64,000 nt of DNA from Balanoglossus misakiensis (taxonomy: Eukaryota > Animalia > Hemichordata), in the NCBI GenBank assembly GCA_040954595.2, contig CM082593.2, forward strand, positions 9,371,200 to 9,435,199, written 5' to 3'. Shown one piece after another: positions 61,410 through 64,000 of this stretch. Numbering within the stretch: the first letter of the stretch is position 1; each line of letters begins with the position of its first letter. Below the pieces are notes generated by a model, which ran no database searches, was not told the DNA's origin, and was given only the letters and a program-made list of their open reading frames with translations. The translations under genes and the position numbers were made by a program.

Positions 61410-62456
61410 AATTTCTCACACTGCTGGCCGCTGGGAGTGTGGGATAGGATATCCCCGACGAGTGTGAGAAATACGATCTCAGGTCCTTGGTAGACTGTCG
61501 ACAGTCCCTCGCGCCTAATGTGTATCGATACGGCGTTTCGTGCGAGGGCCGAAGGCCCGATTCGGCGTTTCGTGGTGCGAGGGCCGTGAGGCCCGAGGGA
61601 CTGTTATAGCTTGTAAGCCTTGCCTTGATATTAATTATGCATGCAGAAAATGACGTAGTAAAATTTGCATAAGGGGGCGTAAATCAGCGGCGAAACTATC
61701 GAAACAACTAAAACTATCGATGACGGTTCCTCGGTAAATTCGCCGATTCTGTCCAAGAGAAAAGGTGCGATTTCATAAGCCAAATTTCCCACTGCCCGTT
61801 GGCGACGCAACAAAAACATCTTTGCCGTTGGTCAATGAGTTTATGACGTATATTAACTGTCAATCATTTTACAGGGGCATTTTCCCACAGTGCCCGTGTG
61901 AGGGCGAAACAAGGTATAACAGTCCCTCGGGCCACGCCCTCGGGCCTTACGGCCATCGCACCACGAAACGCCGAATCGGGCCTTAGGCCCACAAAAGATA
62001 CGGGCCTTACGGCCCTCGCACGAAACGCCGAATCGATACACATTAGGCGCGAGGGACTGTTGACAGTCTAGTCCTTGGGAGTGTGAGATTCTATTATTCT
62101 CACACTCTCACTGAATCGAAAGCTGTATATGACGCGAGCGCTGATTGGTTGACAAAGAGTTCTTTCTCTTCGCGCACTAAATGTTATCCAATGGCGTGAT
62201 GTGTATTACAGGCACAGAACTATAACGTGCCCCCAGACGACAGTTCCAGAGTCATTTATTCAATGTTTTAACGAATTTGGCTAATTTGTGACCGTGTGAG
62301 AAAAATAATCTCACACACCAAGGACCTGGGATCGTATTTCTCACACTCGTCAGGGATATTTTGTCCCACACTCGCCTGCGGCTCGTGTGTGACAGAAAAT
62401 CCCCAACTCGTGTGAGAAATACGATCCCAGGTCCTTGGGAGTGTGAGATTCTATTA
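61410..62456. mobile_element. Foldback element with duplicated hairpin ends, hosting a younger MITE
   Basis: Repeated tttctcacact...gtgtgagaaatacgatc(c/t)caggtccttgggagtgtgagattctatt at both ends. Confidence 0.6.
61491..62070. mobile_element. 580-bp MITE with 8-bp TSD (hAT- or Zisupton-type)
   Basis: TIR tagactgtc(g/a)acagtccctcgcgcctaatgtgtatcgat; TSD GTCCTTGG at 61483-61490 and 62071-62078; the empty site is visible at ~62430. Confidence 0.88.
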
Positions 62457-64000
62457 ATCCCAAATGTCATAGCAGCTGCCCCTTTAAAACAATTTCTTTA
62501 AAAAATGTGTTTCTAATAGATTTGGTCAGGTGGAAAAGTATGTCACATACTGTTTTCACTGAACACTGATGTGGTTGCAATTTTATTGACACAAATTGAA
62601 TCACACTATGCATCACATTAGACTTAGGGGTAAACCATTTTATATTTAGGAGAGTGCAGTTTAGTTTCTACTCTGCCTATTCTCTGATGTTTTTTCTTTA
62701 CTATTTGGCAGAGGCAAAATGCAGACTAGTTATGGAAGTGTTCCTAAGTAACTATGCATAAATTATTTCTATTAATCTAAGCACATTATGTAAAATATAA
62801 ATCAACCAGGTAGACTCATGTCTCCCCCTACAGTAATGGTGACAATTCTTTTTATAGTACCCAACTTACTCAAGTAAACACACTTAATGTTAGCAAACAA
62901 TCCTATAGATATAGCCTGGTCCCCTGTCCCATTCCTGCTGCTGGTAGTGACAGCAGGGTTAGAAAGTGGGCAGAGAACAAGAGTATCTTACAGGCCTCTT
63001 TCATGACCCCTGTGTGACCTTACATCCTGGTGATTTGTTGGTTTGACATCATTCATCATTCAATGTTAAATACAACAGCTAATCTTTCTAACACAGGCAA
63101 TGTTTAACAGTTTTGTTCAAGGATGAGAAAAAATGCATTGATTTAATAGCGTGGTTGGTAAACTCGAAATTGTATACTCACACCGACAAAAAGCCAGGAT
63201 GTAGAGGTCAAAAGGGGTCATAAAAGTGGCATGATATAGCACAGTTGCCAGTGGTGTAATGTTTATATAAACTGTGCAACTTCATTCATATTTCTTAGTG
63301 GCAGTAATGTTATTATAAATATAAACTGACATCTGAAATCACTTTGCGATGTCGAAATTCAGTGGGAAGAAACAAACGCCAAAAGTTACCACATTTTATA
63401 CTGACACTTATTTGTTTTGTACAGTTTACCCTATGGATCCAGCTATCATAGGAATGGGTGCAATAATTGTAGCTTTGGTGGGCTGGTTGATCGCTTATGG
63501 GCTTGATCAATCATCCCATCTAGGCTACAATTATTGCAGATATCATAGGAAGGGCACATTGGGAACCCCCCCCCCCCTCACACACACACACACACACACA
63601 CACAATTTGGGCGACAACACAATATATATATATGATGCAGTCTACAAGTTGCACCGAAATATCTTTAGGTCCCATTTGTACATACTGGTGGTACCTCATG
63701 AGATCGGTTGCGTCTGTATGGATGTATGTCCGTTCACATCAAAAACTTGAAAACCGCTGAGCATATAACCTCGATATTTGGTGTGCAGATGCAGGCAGGG
63801 CTGTAGATGGGAGTTTGTTCAAATGAAGTTGTTGGGAAAAACGTAAATTTGGCCAAAACTCAGAAACTCAACAACCACTGGTCATATTGATTTGAAAATT
63901 GGTATGCATGTACCTTATATTAAAGAGGAACGACACCCACAATTTTGGGCTTCAAAGTCCAAACCGGGTGTCAAAAACGGCAACGTTCCGATGGGTTAAT

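Overview
AT-rich, intron-rich animal genomic DNA; the transposon families suggest a marine invertebrate (inference). The first 24 kb hold the 3' part of a + strand Roco gene with the architecture ankyrin repeats - ROC GTPase - COR - death domain. Its ankyrin region is a tandem array of about 27 exon+intron units of ~240-250 bp (plus one truncated unit). Each phase-0 exon encodes exactly one ankyrin repeat, with mosaic, mostly non-synonymous variation at a few positions. This copy is damaged: a transposon insertion, a 28-bp deletion, two premature TGAs and one frameshift. The rest is mostly DNA transposons: an intact ISL2EU-type element (THAP-DDE plus SWIM/YqaJ nuclease) inserted in an ankyrin exon, a truncated CR1/L2-group LINE, an ~11-exon Kolobok-like transposase with a nested Sola1 element, a decayed RAG1/Transib-like transposase with a SAP motif, an IS3EU-type element (DDE transposase plus HECT-like gene), and several MITEs and foldback elements. 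Two unrelated transposons each carry an inverted copy of part of their own transposase coding sequence. All calls come from reading the sequence by eye; no database searches were run.
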